A program made the translations under genes and the position numbers. From assembly GCF_009914755.1 (NCBI RefSeq), contig NC_060927.1: a stretch of 64,000 nt of DNA; one strand, 5' to 3'. Source of the DNA: the human T2T-CHM13v2.0 reference genome, Homo sapiens. Shown here in pieces: positions 1 through 15,226 of the stretch (the stretch's first letter is position 1; each line of letters starts with the position of its first letter). The notes below the pieces were generated by a model. The model was not told where the DNA came from. It saw only the letters and a program-made list of their open reading frames with translations, and made no database searches.

Positions 1-190
1 AAAACACTTATCTTTATAATATTTTAAAATGGGCTAATTGAACTCTCTACTTCCCCAAAGACAACTTATTGTAAAGAGTCTAAAGAGAGCAAATTACTGC
101 TCGGGTTTAAGAGCTTTGTCCCTTTGTCCATTAGAGGCCTTTCATTCCTCTGCAGGTTTGTGCATACTGTGAGATTAGATCAGCATCTTA

Positions 191-267
191 CTAGGTTGGT
201 GGAAGAGTAATTGTGGTTTTGCCGTTAAAGTAATGCGAAAACCGCAATTACTTCTGCACCAGCCTAA
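191..267. mobile_element. MADE1 MITE (Hsmar1-derived palindromic element)
   Basis: TAGGTTGGTGGAAGAGTAATTGTGGTTTT...AAAACCGCAATTACTTCTGCACCAGCCTAA, ~77-bp palindrome flanked by TA. Confidence 0.88.
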
Positions 268-567
268 TATTTGTGGACTTCCAGGAGGTGGCACAAGTTG
301 AAGATATAAGAAAGTTTTCAAATGTTGCAACACCCCCCAAAAGTCTGCATTATATAAATCACTTGGCCTCATCCTATCATGAGTAATTTGGAGGTGCCTC
401 CTATTTAGACCACCAGTGAAGATGATTTTATCTTGGTGTCTAGTGATCTAACGATTCTTAGTGCTAGTTCTTCTATATATTTAACCTAGAAAACGTTGGG
501 CCCAGTTTTATTCCCTTGTGTCTGATGCAGTAATTTTCTCCCATTAATTCCTTTATTAAGAACCTAG

Positions 568-896
<329 letters not shown>

Positions 897-1039
897 TACC
901 CTAATTTTTTAAATTTAAAATTTCCATGAAACATGTCTGATTTTTAAAGCAACTTTTAATCATAAAAATGGAATGGTTCAGTTTCTTGTTCTTTGAGCCA
1001 AAAGTCAATTTTTAAGGAGACTTTTCTTCTTTGCCTCAG

Positions 1040-1170
1040 AAATTTTTAAGAACTATGGCGCTGAAAAGTATGGACCTCATTCCGTTTGTCTAATTCAGAA
1101 ATCAGCATTCGTTATGGAGAAGTGTGAGAGGAAGCTGAGTTACCCAGACTGGGGAAGCGGATGCTATCAG
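1040..1170 (+). CDS. LMLN: LMLN internal coding exon (third from last)
   Basis: ttgcctcAG acceptor, GTaagc donor; encodes (E)[43 protein letters not shown]; phase joins the 12219 exon in frame. Confidence 0.95.
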
Positions 1171-1535
1171 GTAAGCTTATGTTTGTTATTAGTTGTGCCA
1201 AATATTATGTGATTTTATCTCTTTTATGGTTTTGTATTTTAAATTATATTTTCATATTTTATGTCATTAATTTACTGATCAATACTGTATCTTGTTTATG
1301 TAAATATTAGTTTGGATGCTTATGTTTTATGAAAATATTGTCATTTCTTTAGAAAAAGTGCCTCTTAAAAATATATATGTAATTACTGTAATGTTACTTC
1401 TGGGCATATATTCTGAGGAAGTAATGGTAAATAGGTAATTTTGTTCTTGAGCAAATATTACTTTGTAATGGAAAACATGTCAATTTTATTTCAAAAGGTC
1501 TGAGGACCTCATGGGTTATAAGAATTAGTAAATCA

Positions 1536-2991
1536 GGCTGGACGTGGTGGCTCACGCCTGTAATCCCAGCACTTTGGGAGGCTGAGCCAGGAGGATTGCT
1601 TGAGCCCAGGATTCGAGACCATCCTAGGCAACAAAGCGAGACCCTGTCTCCAAAAAATAAAGGAAAAAGAATTAATAAATCAGTTGCTGATTAATAATAG
1701 AGTGTTTTTTCCTTTGTAATTAGAAATCCAAAAAGGGCAAACTACAATTTTTTTTCCTTTTTCTTTTTCTTTTTTTTGAGACAAGGTCTTGCTCTGTCAG
1801 CTAGGCTGGAGTGCTGCTGCAGTCACGGCTCATTATATCCTCTACCTCCTGGGTTCAAGCGACCTTCCCACCTCAGCCTCCTGAGGAGCTGGGACTACAG
1901 TGTGCACCACACACCCGACTAAGTGTTTGATTTTTTGTAGAGAAGAGGTCTCACTATGTTGCCCAGGCTAGATTAGAACTTCGGGGCCCAAGCAATCCTC
2001 TTGCCTTGGCCTCCCAAAGTACTGGGATTATAGATGGCGGCCACCATGCCTCGCCTACTATTTCCTTAATTATCTTATTTGCACATCTGATATTATATGA
2101 CATCACCTTATTAAGGACTTATAAAGATGTAGCCATTCTGTGACTTAGGAGCATCCAATGGAATGAATCTTCTGCACCCTACAAATGGATGTCAGGGAGG
2201 ACAGCGTAAGCCTGAGAAATGCAGAATCAGCATTCCTGTGCCATTTCAGCTGCAAGAGCTAAACGGACCTTTAGAACTGGAAATTTAACTCTTATCATTA
2301 GTTACTTATCAAATTAACGTTTTTTTTGGTAACTGCTTTTCTTCTTTTCTGTTTTTTTTTGAGACAGGGTTTTGCTCTGTCACCCAGGCTAGAGACAATG
2401 GTGCGATCACGCTCACTGCAGCCACGAACTCCCAGGCTCAGGCGATTCTCCCACCTCAGCCATCTGAGAAGCTGGGACTACAGGTGCACACCACCACACC
2501 TGGCTGATTTTTCTTATTTTTTGTAGAGACAGGCTTTTGCCATGCTACTCAGGCTGGTCTTGAACTCCTGGGTTCATGTGATTCACCTGCCTCAGCCTCC
2601 CAAAGTGCTGGGACTACAGACATGAGCCACTTTGCCTGACCTGGTAATAGCACTATCAAGATATATTTTACATACCATACAATTTATGTAAAATTAACTT
2701 TTTTTTTCATTTTTCCTCTTTTGAGACAGGGTCTTACTCTGTCACCCAGGCTGGAGTGCAGTGGTGCGATCTCAGCTCTCTGCAACCTCCACCTCCCGGT
2801 TCCAGAGATTCTTGTGCCTCAGCCTCCTGCACAGCTGGAATCACAGGCATGCGCCACCATACCCAGCTAATTTTTGTATTTTTAGTACAAAAATTGACCA
2901 GGCTGGTCTCAAACTCCTGGCCTAAACTGATCCTCCTGCCTCAGCCTCCCAAAGTGCTGGGATTATAAGCATGAGCCACCAGTCCTGGCCG
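1536..2991. mobile_element. Alu cluster: monomer ~1536-1660 (+), AluJ-like ~1770-2056 (-) and ~2353-2641 (-), AluS-like ~2717-2991 (-)
   Basis: Alu consensus motifs with A/T tails. Confidence 0.88.
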
Positions 2992-3090
2992 AATATTTCT
3001 TTTCTTTCTGTAACAAGATATTCTAAGCTCACTTTGTTCTTTGTCTACCCCTGACGTGGAATTAACCGTTTCTCCAGAGGCCCCTAGTTA

Positions 3091-3270
3091 CTTTTAATGG
3101 AGTATGGTGTTTAGAGACTAAGATCTGGGCGGTAATTATACTGTTGATTGCTTTTGGTGGAGTGTTTGGTGTTAGAGACTAAGATCTGGGCGCTAATTAT
3201 ACTGTTCATTGCTTTTAGTGGAGTGTGGTGTTAGAGACTAAGATCTGGGTGGTAATTATACTGTTGATTG
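3091..3270. repeat. ~60-bp tandem repeat, 3 copies
   Basis: TTAGAGACTAAGATCTGGG recurs at 3111, 3172 and 3231. Confidence 0.92.
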
Positions 3271-3739
3271 TCATTGATAATAACATTTGGGAATTGGGAA
3301 TACCAGCTCATCAGGCCCTCTTAGTAAGGTAGGAAATGTATGTATATGTATCAGTACACTCTCCTGTGAGTGCGTGTGTGTGTGTGTAAGTAATCATGAG
3401 TTTGCATCAGTAAGGTTGGTTTGATTCCATCGGTTGGAGACCTTGTCTGATACCAAAGCATTTATTTTAGTTTTCCACCTTTTCACATATGTACTTCCTT
3501 CACCAACAGTGAGAAGTCCAGCTGCTGTCATCTCAGCATGTTTACTCATCTGATCTATCCACATCCCGTCCACTTTCTCCCACTCCCATTACCCTCGTCA
3601 CCCGGCCAACTCTGCGTGACCTCCCGGTCACACACCTCCCCCACCCCTCCAAACAGATCACCTACCTTGCCTCACTTAACGGCTTTAGACGTAATTGCTT
3701 TTGAGGAAGGGGAAAGGAGAAAGGGAGGGATCACTGGGC

Positions 3740-4740
3740 TTTTTTTTCTTAAAATTGTGGCAAAATATATATAACATAAACATTTCCATTTTAACTGTTT
3801 TTACGTGTATAGTTAAGTGGCACTAAATACATTCACGTTGTCATGCACATTGCCACCGAGCGTCTCAGAAACTCTGTACTCACTAAACAATCCCTCCCTC
3901 TTCCTCCTCCCCCAGCCCTGACAGCCTCTATTCTACGTCCTCTCTCTGTGGATTTGCCTAATCTAGATAGTCCTTATAAGTAGAATCATACCATGTTTGT
4001 CCTTTTGTACCTGACTCCTTTTACTTAGCGTGGCATTCTCAGGGTTCATCCACATTGTGCCATGTATCAGAACAGTATTCCTTACGGTGTTCCTTTATGT
4101 CTCAATAACACTCCATTGTATGGATCTGTCACGTTTTGAATCAGTTGATGGACACTTAGGTCGTTTGTGTCCACCTCTTGGCTATTGGAGTCTTGCTGCA
4201 GCGAACACTGGCTTCCGCGTATCTGTCTGAGTCCCTATTTTCAGTCTACTCAGCAGTAGAATTGCTGTATCATATGGCAATTCTATGTTTAGCTTTTTTA
4301 GGAACTACCAAACTAGGTTTTTTGTTGTTGTTGTTGAGGGGTTTTTGGTGTTATTTTGAGGTTTCTTTTTTATTATTATTAATAGACTTTATTTTTTAGA
4401 GCAATTTTAGGTTCACAACAAATTTAAGTGGAAGGTACAGAGAGTTCCCATATACCCCTGCTCCACACACTCGTGGCCTTCCGCACCGTCAGCATCCTGT
4501 ACCACAGAGGCATTTTTGGTACAATCGATGAACCCACATCATCATCCAAAGTCCATGTTCACATTAGGGTTCACTCTGGGTGTTTTCAATGAACCGACAT
4601 CATCATCCGAAGTCCATGTTCACATTAGGGTTCACTCTGGGTGTTTCGATGAACCGACATCATCATCCGAAGTCCATGTTCACATTAGGGTTCACTCTGG
4701 GTGTTCTACATTCTGTGGGCTTTGACACCTGTAGGATATT
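3740..4740 (-). mobile_element. Old L1M (L1MB/L1MC-like) 3'-end fragments
   Basis: Typical antisense L1M 3' UTR text (GAATCATACCATGTTTGTCCTTTTG; GTACAGAGAGTTCCCATATACCC). Confidence 0.7.
4526..4706. repeat. 60-bp tandem repeat, 3 copies, inside L1M
   Basis: ATGAACC(C/G)ACATCATCATCC(A/G)AAGTCCATGTTCACATTAGGGTTCACTCTGGGTGTT at a 60-bp period. Confidence 0.95.
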
Positions 4741-5780
4741 CGTCCATAAGATAAATGAGTTGTTGAAATGGACTTTGTTATAAGTTAAAGATTGGCTATC
4801 TGTGGCTAAATAATTGCTGAGACTAACATAAATAAGAATAAATGAAATAAAAAGTGGGATGAAATACTTCAGGTGAAAGTTCAAAGGGAAACTGTATTAT
4901 CTCTGTACAAAAGAGACCTTTAAGCGTGTGTTTTCATGTCAACCCTTTGTGTTCTTAACATGTTTTTCCCTGATGAAACTGAGATCATGGACCTTATCAT
5001 ATCACCTTTTGTGCTGATGGCACCTTTTAATATAAATTTTTAAGTAATTTATATATTGATTAAATAAGTCAGCAATTCACATGGTGAAAAATTCAAAAGA
5101 TGCAAAAGAATGTACAGGGTACAGGAAAAGCCTTTCCCAGCCCCGTCTTTTAGTCACTCACTTCTCCCTTCGGAGGGAAGTAATATTACCAGTTTCTTGC
5201 ATCCTTCTAAAGATAAACTCTGTGCAGGCACAAATTTATATTTTTGTTTCATTTTTTACACCAATAGTATCAAGTTACACATACTGTTCTGTGGTGTGTA
5301 TTAAAGAGTCGTTCTTAGTATCATCTTACATCATTCCAGCCCCATGTCTGAACTGGCTGTGGACGTCTCAAGTACATTTGGTTGTACTTTGATCATTCTG
5401 AATTCAGTTCCTCCAAAATCCAGTTTAGGAGCCCTCTCTCAACAACGCTGCATTTCGGCTGTGTTGCTTCCAGCACTGGTCCCAGTCTCTCTAATTAGAA
5501 ACCAGAATGATCATTTTCTACTCTCTGTTCTATAAAGACGGTCAATACAGACTAAGTCTTTAGATTACTCTCCTATTGAAATCTCTTATATCTATTTTAT
5601 TTTAGGTTTACCTTCATAGTTCAAGCCATTATCACTTCACAGTTTCCTAACTAATTTCCCTCCTCTCATCTTACTTCCATGACCACGTTGATCCTTTTAA
5701 AATTTTAGTTTTGATCAAACTTTTACATGCAAATAGTTTGAAACAAATTTGTTGTCTGCTTCCAAAAAACTACAGCCTCA

Positions 5781-6093
<313 letters not shown>

Positions 6094-6236
6094 CTAGAGC
6101 CTCTGTTATTACTTCCCTAATGTTTATTACTTCTTCCCAGAGTCTTCACTTTCAATTCTTAGTTGTTGTTTTGTTGGGGGTGGAGGAGTCAGGGGAGACT
6201 TACTATTTGCTTTCTTATTTTTTTTTATTATTATTA

Positions 6237-6529
<293 letters not shown>

Positions 6530-7230
6530 TGCTTTTTTATTTTTAAAAAGCTTATATTATTCTTTCATAAGGTTTGAATTTCAAATGTTAGCTGTTGACT
6601 TTGGAAAATAAGAATTTAGTTGGTTCGCCTCGTCCTCTTGCTGTGTTCACTTCCTCTTTCCCCATCGTACACTTCTTGTTTCCCATCCTCCCAGTGGTGA
6701 TTATGGATAAATACGTATTCACTGTTTACATTACCAGGACTATGCAGACGTGGCGCCTGGTAGCATGCAATCATTACTTCCCCGTTCTCCCCAGTATTTC
6801 GTTTTCTCTGGATTTAAGACCTTGTTTTTTTGCAATTAGTTTTCTTTGTATTTAGCACTAATTCAATTCTAAGCTCTTCTCCCAGTTGGGCTCATCTCCT
6901 TTCAGTAGAACCAGATACCTGAGGTATTCTATCCATTTCATCTTGAGGAAATCTCTTCTGGACATTTCTGGCCTGTGCTAATCTCGACTATATAATCCTT
7001 ATGTTGGCAGCACAGCTGGCATCTTGGGATCTCGAGTCAGGATCATCCTGGAGGTCCCTCTGGTCCCTCTGTCTCTCTCATATTGGATCCCCTCCTTCAT
7101 GGATTTTGTGTCATATTCTTTTTTGGATTTTTTTTATTTTAATGGAACATATCTTCTAGTGGAGATTTGAGGAGTATGTGACGGAGAACAATGTTGAGAC
7201 TTGCATGTCTGAAAGCATCACTGTTCCACT

Positions 7231-7440
7231 GTGACGCCTGCTGACAGCGTGGGAAGGCGGGACTTCATCTCTGCCCTCAGGGTCTTCAGCTAGTTTCCAC
7301 CGTGATGTGACGCCTGCTGACAGCGTGGGAAGGCGGGACCTCACCTCTGCCCTCAGGGTCCTCAGCTAGTTTCCACCGTGACGCCTGCTGACAGCGTGGG
7401 AAGGCGGGACCTCACCTCTGCCCTCAGGGTCCTCAGCTAG
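7231..7440. repeat. ~71-76-bp tandem repeat, 3 copies
   Basis: GTGACGCCTGCTGACAGCGTGGGAAGGCGGGAC...CAGCTAG occurs three times. Confidence 0.95.
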
Positions 7441-7890
7441 GCCTGAGAATGAAATAGGCATAAGCCCGATGAACAGGAGGAAAACATACACATTTATTTA
7501 ATCTAAGTTTTACATGACACAGGAGCCCACATGAGTAAATGAAAACTCAAAGAAGTGTGAAACCTATATACTTTTATACTACATTGAACAAAGGGAGACA
7601 GTTACAGAAAAGTAAAATGTATGCGGAGGCTAAAGGAAGATAAGAATTATTTTAAGAAGGTCTGTTTGTACCAAATTCTTTGGCTTTGACTCCCCATATT
7701 GGTGATAAAAATGTTTGTTTTCTCCTGGAAAAGGAAGGGTATTATTCATGTGGGAGTTGTGTCTTCTGCTTTCAGGAGGAAGGGGGATGTCAGAACAGTC
7801 TTGCTGGGTCTGCTGTGTTGAAGTCCCTTTAGCTGGAAACCTTTGTGCCAAAACAGCACATTTTGGGGTGGCGTGTTCTGCCGTCCTTCA
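7400..7890 (-). mobile_element. ERV1 LTR (MER31/MER34/MER67-like)
   Basis: Ends in the ATTTTGGGGTGGCGTGTTCTG..CCTTCA terminus typical of this group; exact family uncertain. Confidence 0.55.
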
Positions 7891-8206
7891 ATAGCTTGGG
7901 TGGGTATAGCTTTATTTTTGAAAATTATTTTCCTAATGGATGATTGGGTGCAGGAAAAAAAGAAAGAAAATTATTTTCCATCAGAATTCTGAAAGCATTT
8001 TTCCTTTGTGTGCTGACTGTCAGTGTCATTCTGAGTTTCAATTGCCAGAATCTTTTTTCTTTCTTCTCTGGAAGCTGTAAATTCTTAATTTTAACTTCGC
8101 ATACCACATCCTCATCTGCCACAAGCCCCAGTATTCCAAAATTTAATGGGTTGATTCTATTTTTGGTGATCATTAACAGCCTGTTCATATTCAAGAAGTG
8201 ACTGGA

Positions 8207-8510
8207 GCCTGGCACAGTGGCTCACACCTGTAATCACAGCACTTTGGGAGCCCGAGACAGGCGGATCACTTGAGGTCAAGAGTTTGAAAGCAGCCTGGCC
8301 AACATGATGAAACCCCTCATCTACTAAAAATACAAAAATTAGCCCGGTGTGGTGGTGGGCGCCTGTAATTCCAGCTACACAGGAGGCTGAGGCATGAGAA
8401 TCACTTGAACCCAGGAGGTGGAGGTTGCAGTGAGCTGAGATGACACTATTGTACCACAGCCTGGGCGACAGAGTGAGACTCTGACTCAAAAAAAAAAAAA
8501 AAAGAAAAGA
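8207..8510 (+). mobile_element. AluS
   Basis: Alu dimer with A tail. Confidence 0.9.
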
Positions 8511-8834
8511 AAAGTGCCTGGAAGCCAGTTTGGAAGCTCTGAGCACACACATAGGGCTTGTTGACTGTGGTCTCCCTATGGGGCTCCTTTCTTACAAAAC
8601 CTTTGATGTCCGTCCTTTTGACGGGTCAGATTGGTCAGAGAAACTGCCAGTGACCCGCCTAAGTTTATATGCTGTCAGAGTTCTAGGAAGGAAGTCGATT
8701 TTGAATGCTTTAACCTGTAAACTTCGAGTCCTTATTTTCATGATGGCATCCCAGCTCTCTGCTGTACTTAGTTTTCCCCAGAACAGAAAAACTCTGTTTT
8801 ACCCTTTCCAAAAAATAAATCTCCAGTATGCTGG

Positions 8835-9220
8835 TGTATTAGTCCATTTTGCGTTGCTGTAAAGGAGTATCTGAGGCTGGGTAATTTATAAAGAAAAGAG
8901 GTTAATTTTGGCTTACAGTTCTGCAGACTACAGGAAGCATAAGTGCTGTCATCGGCTTCTGGTGACGGCTCAGGAAGCTTACAGTCATGGCGGAAGGCAG
9001 AGTGGGGGCAGGCTTATCACATAGAGCGGGAACGAGAGAGGAGGGAGCTCCCGACCTCTTGAACAAGCAGATCTCTGGGGAACTTATTCCTGTGGGGAGG
9101 GCACCAAGCTATTCATGAGGGATCCATCCCCATGACCCAGACACCTCTCACTAGGCCCCACATCCAACACTGGGAATCATATTTCAACAGAAGATTTGGA
9201 CAAATACCCAAACTATATCA
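8835..9220 (-). mobile_element. MaLR solo LTR (MST family)
   Basis: TGTATTAGTCC...AAACTATATCA termini with 5-bp TSD GCTGG (8830-8834 and 9221-9225). Confidence 0.88.
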
Positions 9221-9810
9221 GCTGGGTTCGGAACGAACTGGTCCAGCTGGTCGCAGTGAGGGAGAGGAATGCTGGCGTCTGTCTCTGAAACAGACGTTTG
9301 TCTAATCCTTTTGATTGTAGCTCTTACTTCTTGGTACCAGGTGTGGCTGTGGCAGTCCTGAGCCCTCTTGTGTTCTGCAGATCAGTTTCTTCCTGGCTCT
9401 TCCTGTTGCTGGATTTTGATCCAGCTTTCCTGAGTCTGTTATGTCTGCTGCTACCTGTACATCTACCCTCCTGCCCACACTTAATTCCCAGAATTCCACA
9501 ATGAGAATACTTCAACTTCAGCAAGGGAGTTTTCCTCTTGTCCTATCAACACTCTCATATAATTCTCATCTCTAAGCCATGTGCATTCTGCTTCCCAACC
9601 TGTAACATCTGCCCGGCAGTAGTCCAAATCCTGTGTACATCCTTAGGATGCAAATGCTGTCTTCCATGAAAGTTTCTAATATTTGTTCTTGTTTCTACCA
9701 TTTATTGACTCTTAATCATAAAATAGTCTGGTACTGTTCATTTTTTGCTTTTTCTTCTAATTTCAAAATACAGTTAGTATTTTATAAAAAAAATTATTAT
9801 TTTTATTATC

Positions 9811-12045
<2,235 letters not shown>

Positions 12046-12218
12046 AACTTAACTCTTTATATGAGGTTAAAGTTATGCCCACACTGCAAATTGTGCTTTA
12101 TAGCCAATGTTTTTAGTAAGTTTTAATATATTTTCCTGTAGTTGAAGGAGAAATCTCTTAGAATCTTACTGACCTGATATTTATTATTTTTATATATCTA
12201 TTTTTTTCCTGTTTGAAG

Positions 12219-12429
12219 GTTTCTTGTTCTCCTCAAGGTCTGAAAGTTTGGGTCCAAGATACTTCATATTTGTGTAGTCGGGCTGGGCAGGTCCTCCCTG
12301 TCAGTATCCAGATGAATGGCTGGATTCACGATGGAAACCTGCTCTGCCCATCATGTTGGGACTTCTGTGAGCTCTGTCCTCCAGAAACAGATCCTCCAGC
12401 CACTAACCTGACCCGAGCTCTGCCACTTG
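12219..12429 (+). CDS. LMLN: LMLN penultimate coding exon
   Basis: tttttcctgtttgaAG acceptor, GTgagt donor; 211 nt encoding [70 protein letters not shown], the Cys-rich C-terminal region of peptidase M8. Confidence 0.96.
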
Positions 12430-13459
12430 GTGAGTGCTCTCTATGGTTGGAATAAAGAGGGAAAAGTGAAGGAGGTGAACTTCTCTTATAAAATGTTGGC
12501 ATTTCCCTTCAAGGAAGCTCTAAAACAAGTTGAGTTTCTTCTCTGCTGATTGCATTTTTATGGGAAGTTCCTCCTTCCCACCATTATCGGAAATCTAAGG
12601 TAGGTCAACTTGACACTTTTGAGTAAGAGCAAGGGTGAGGAACCTTTCTGGTGAAGAACCTCTGAGTTGCACAGAATTATTCATCAAAGATCACAAAAAG
12701 TGAACGTTGTATCCATTCATTTGGAAATTAAGGGTAAACAAAATTCTGCTCATTAAATACAAAAAGTAATTAAATATATTTTAGTCATATCATAATCAGC
12801 TGAAGTGAAAGTGAGGGAAAGACCTGGAAAAGATACCGAAAAAAGGAATTGGCATACCCACAAAGAGGAGAAAGATGCAATAACACACATGCGAAATGAG
12901 ACAGAGAGATGTGGGCTGGCAAAGACCGGGGGGTTCATTGAGGAATAGGACCGAGTGCTCGTTCTGTGAGACTCCAGAGAATGGAACTGGCACCAAGAGA
13001 TTGAAGTTATGAGGAGACAGATGCCAATTAAACCCTTTAGAAGCAGGAGGGGAATGCAGAAAACACCCTTGAGAAGAACGCCTTCCCCATGAAATTGACG
13101 GTGTTCAAACTGAGGCTGATAATGCATTGCTGAGAGTATAAAAGCAGAATTCATCAATTCACAATTAAAATTTTGATTTAAATGACCTATGAGATTTTTA
13201 TGGCAGTTTGACATTTCAGATTATGAACAATAAAAATCTTATGCAATGTTTCATTTTCTCAACTAGAGGTGTTTTTTAGGTGGAACTGCATTGCCCTTTG
13301 CCTAGTCCATGGTGTGATGTGATTGAAAATAGAGGGCCACACTCAGTTTTCAAGTCAAAGTTTCTCCACCTCTAAGATTAACTTCCCTTCTTTTCCAAAT
13401 CCTGAGGACCTCATCCCCTAGGGGCTGTAGGCAGAGGATGAGTTTTGGAAGATGAGTAC

Positions 13460-13720
13460 TTGTGTTGGGGGTCCCCAGGAGCACCTTAAATTTGTTGGTT
13501 CACCAGAAGGACTCACAGGACTCAGCTGCTCATCATAGTACTCATGGCTAAGATTTGTTAAAGTGAAATGATGCAGAGCAAAATCAGCAATGGGAAGAGG
13601 TGCGTGGGGCAAAGTTGTGAGGAAACCAGTTCCCAGCCACCAGCAAAGGCCCTCCTTGCATGCAGAACTTTCTAAAGATAGCAGTTTCAGGCCTGCTGTA
13701 TTAACTCTGCTCTACACAGT
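13460..13720. mobile_element. MER21-like LTR fragment
   Basis: TGTGTTGGGGGTCCCCAGG...AGAAGGACTCACAGGACTCAGC motif. Confidence 0.55.
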
Positions 13721-13797
13721 ACTCCAAGTGAGGCAGCTGAGTTTTCTGCAGTTACAATCATAATGACACAATTAATTTTATTTGATATAAAATCTTA

Positions 13798-14040
13798 GGT
13801 CAAGGCAGGTGGATCACTTGAGGTCAGGAGTTCAAGATCAACCTGGCCAACATGGTGAAAACTCATCTCTACTAAAAACACAAAAATCAGCCACATGTGG
13901 TGGTATGCATCTGTAATCCCAGCTACTCAGGAGGCTGAGGCAGGAGAATCACTTGAACCCGGGAGGCGGAGCCAAGATCACACCACTGCACTTCAGCCTG
14001 GGCAATAGAATGAGACTCTGTCTCAAAATAAATAAATAAA
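13798..14040 (+). mobile_element. 5'-truncated AluS
   Basis: Alu body with (AAAT)n tail. Confidence 0.85.
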
Positions 14041-14321
14041 AGCTCATCTTTATTGTTTAAAATATTTAAAAGGGCAACTCATCCTAAAATAAGGTCAGGT
14101 TGGCCTCATCTCCCTACTGCTATAAAAATATTTCCATTATGAGAACTGTTTTAACCTATGAGGACACCTCATGGCTGAATTAAAATATACCTCTAGTGCC
14201 CAAAATCTGTAGAATCTTCTGCTGTTTCAAAATCAAGTCTGATTGATTGGTGATATGAATGTATGGGTAGATATTTAGAAATAGGGGACCATATGTTCTG
14301 GTCTGCCTGAGACCATCCATA

Positions 14322-14565
14322 TGCCTGTTGTCATTATTAATAGTCCTCTCGCTTGCATCCTCACAGTCCGTCTGCCTATTGTCGTTATTGCTGGTCCTGT
14401 CCCTTGCCTCCTCACAGTCTGTCTGCCTGTTGTCGTTATTGATGCTCCTCTCCCTTGCCTCCTCACAGTCCGTCTGCCTGTTGTCATTATTGATGGTCCT
14501 CTCCCTTGCATCCTCACAGTCCGTCTGCCTGTTGTCATTATTAATAGTACTCACCCTTGCATTCT
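14322..14565. repeat. 51-bp VNTR, ~4.7 copies, in the last LMLN intron
   Basis: TGCCTGTTGTCATTATT...CTTGCATCCTCACAGTCCGTC unit; 17-aa periodicity in the ORF track. Confidence 0.95.
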
Positions 14566-14952
14566 CAAAATGTACTAGTTTGTGTTGATAAATTATATGG
14601 TCACCCTACTTAGAAGGTACAAAGAAAGAATAAAAGAAGAAAGTTCTTCACCCCATCTCAGAATAACCAAGATCTTTATCTTTGCTGGGGTACTACCCCA
14701 AGGCAATTTTTTTTGGATACCATTTTTTAACCTTGACATAGTGGATACATCATTTCTTCCTCCATATATATTTTTCCTCCATTAAAAAAGAAACAAAAAC
14801 TTTTTTATACCTGGGTTTTGCTCTTGATTTAGCTCTCAAGGTGGTCCTTGTTTACTTTTTAATAATCACTGCTCTTCATCTGTCAATATTTAATTGGTAT
14901 GATTTATCCCAAAATTGTTTATAGAAAGTCAGTTTTTTGTTTTCAACTCTAG

Positions 14953-15053
14953 ATCTTTGTTCCTGTTCCTCGAGCCTGGTGGTCACCCTCTGGCTTCTGC
15001 TAGGCAATCTGTTTCCTCTGCTGGCTGGATTTCTTCTGTGTATATGGCACTAG
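14953..15053 (+). CDS. LMLN: LMLN last coding exon (hydrophobic C-terminal tail)
   Basis: tttcaactctAG acceptor; (D)[32 protein letters not shown] then TAG at 15051-15053; in frame with the previous exon. Confidence 0.95.
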
Positions 15054-15226
15054 GAATGGAAAAGTGGATCTTCAAGATATTCTTTTATGTTATGTTCTTG
15101 TGAACAAAGCACAAAGTTTGAGTGAGTGCCAACCTATGCAGATGGTAGAAGTGGCATTCCTGGCTTTGGCTTGGAAGAATTGACGACCATCAGACCTTGA
15201 AGCAGAACTTCACAGCAGCCTGTCCT

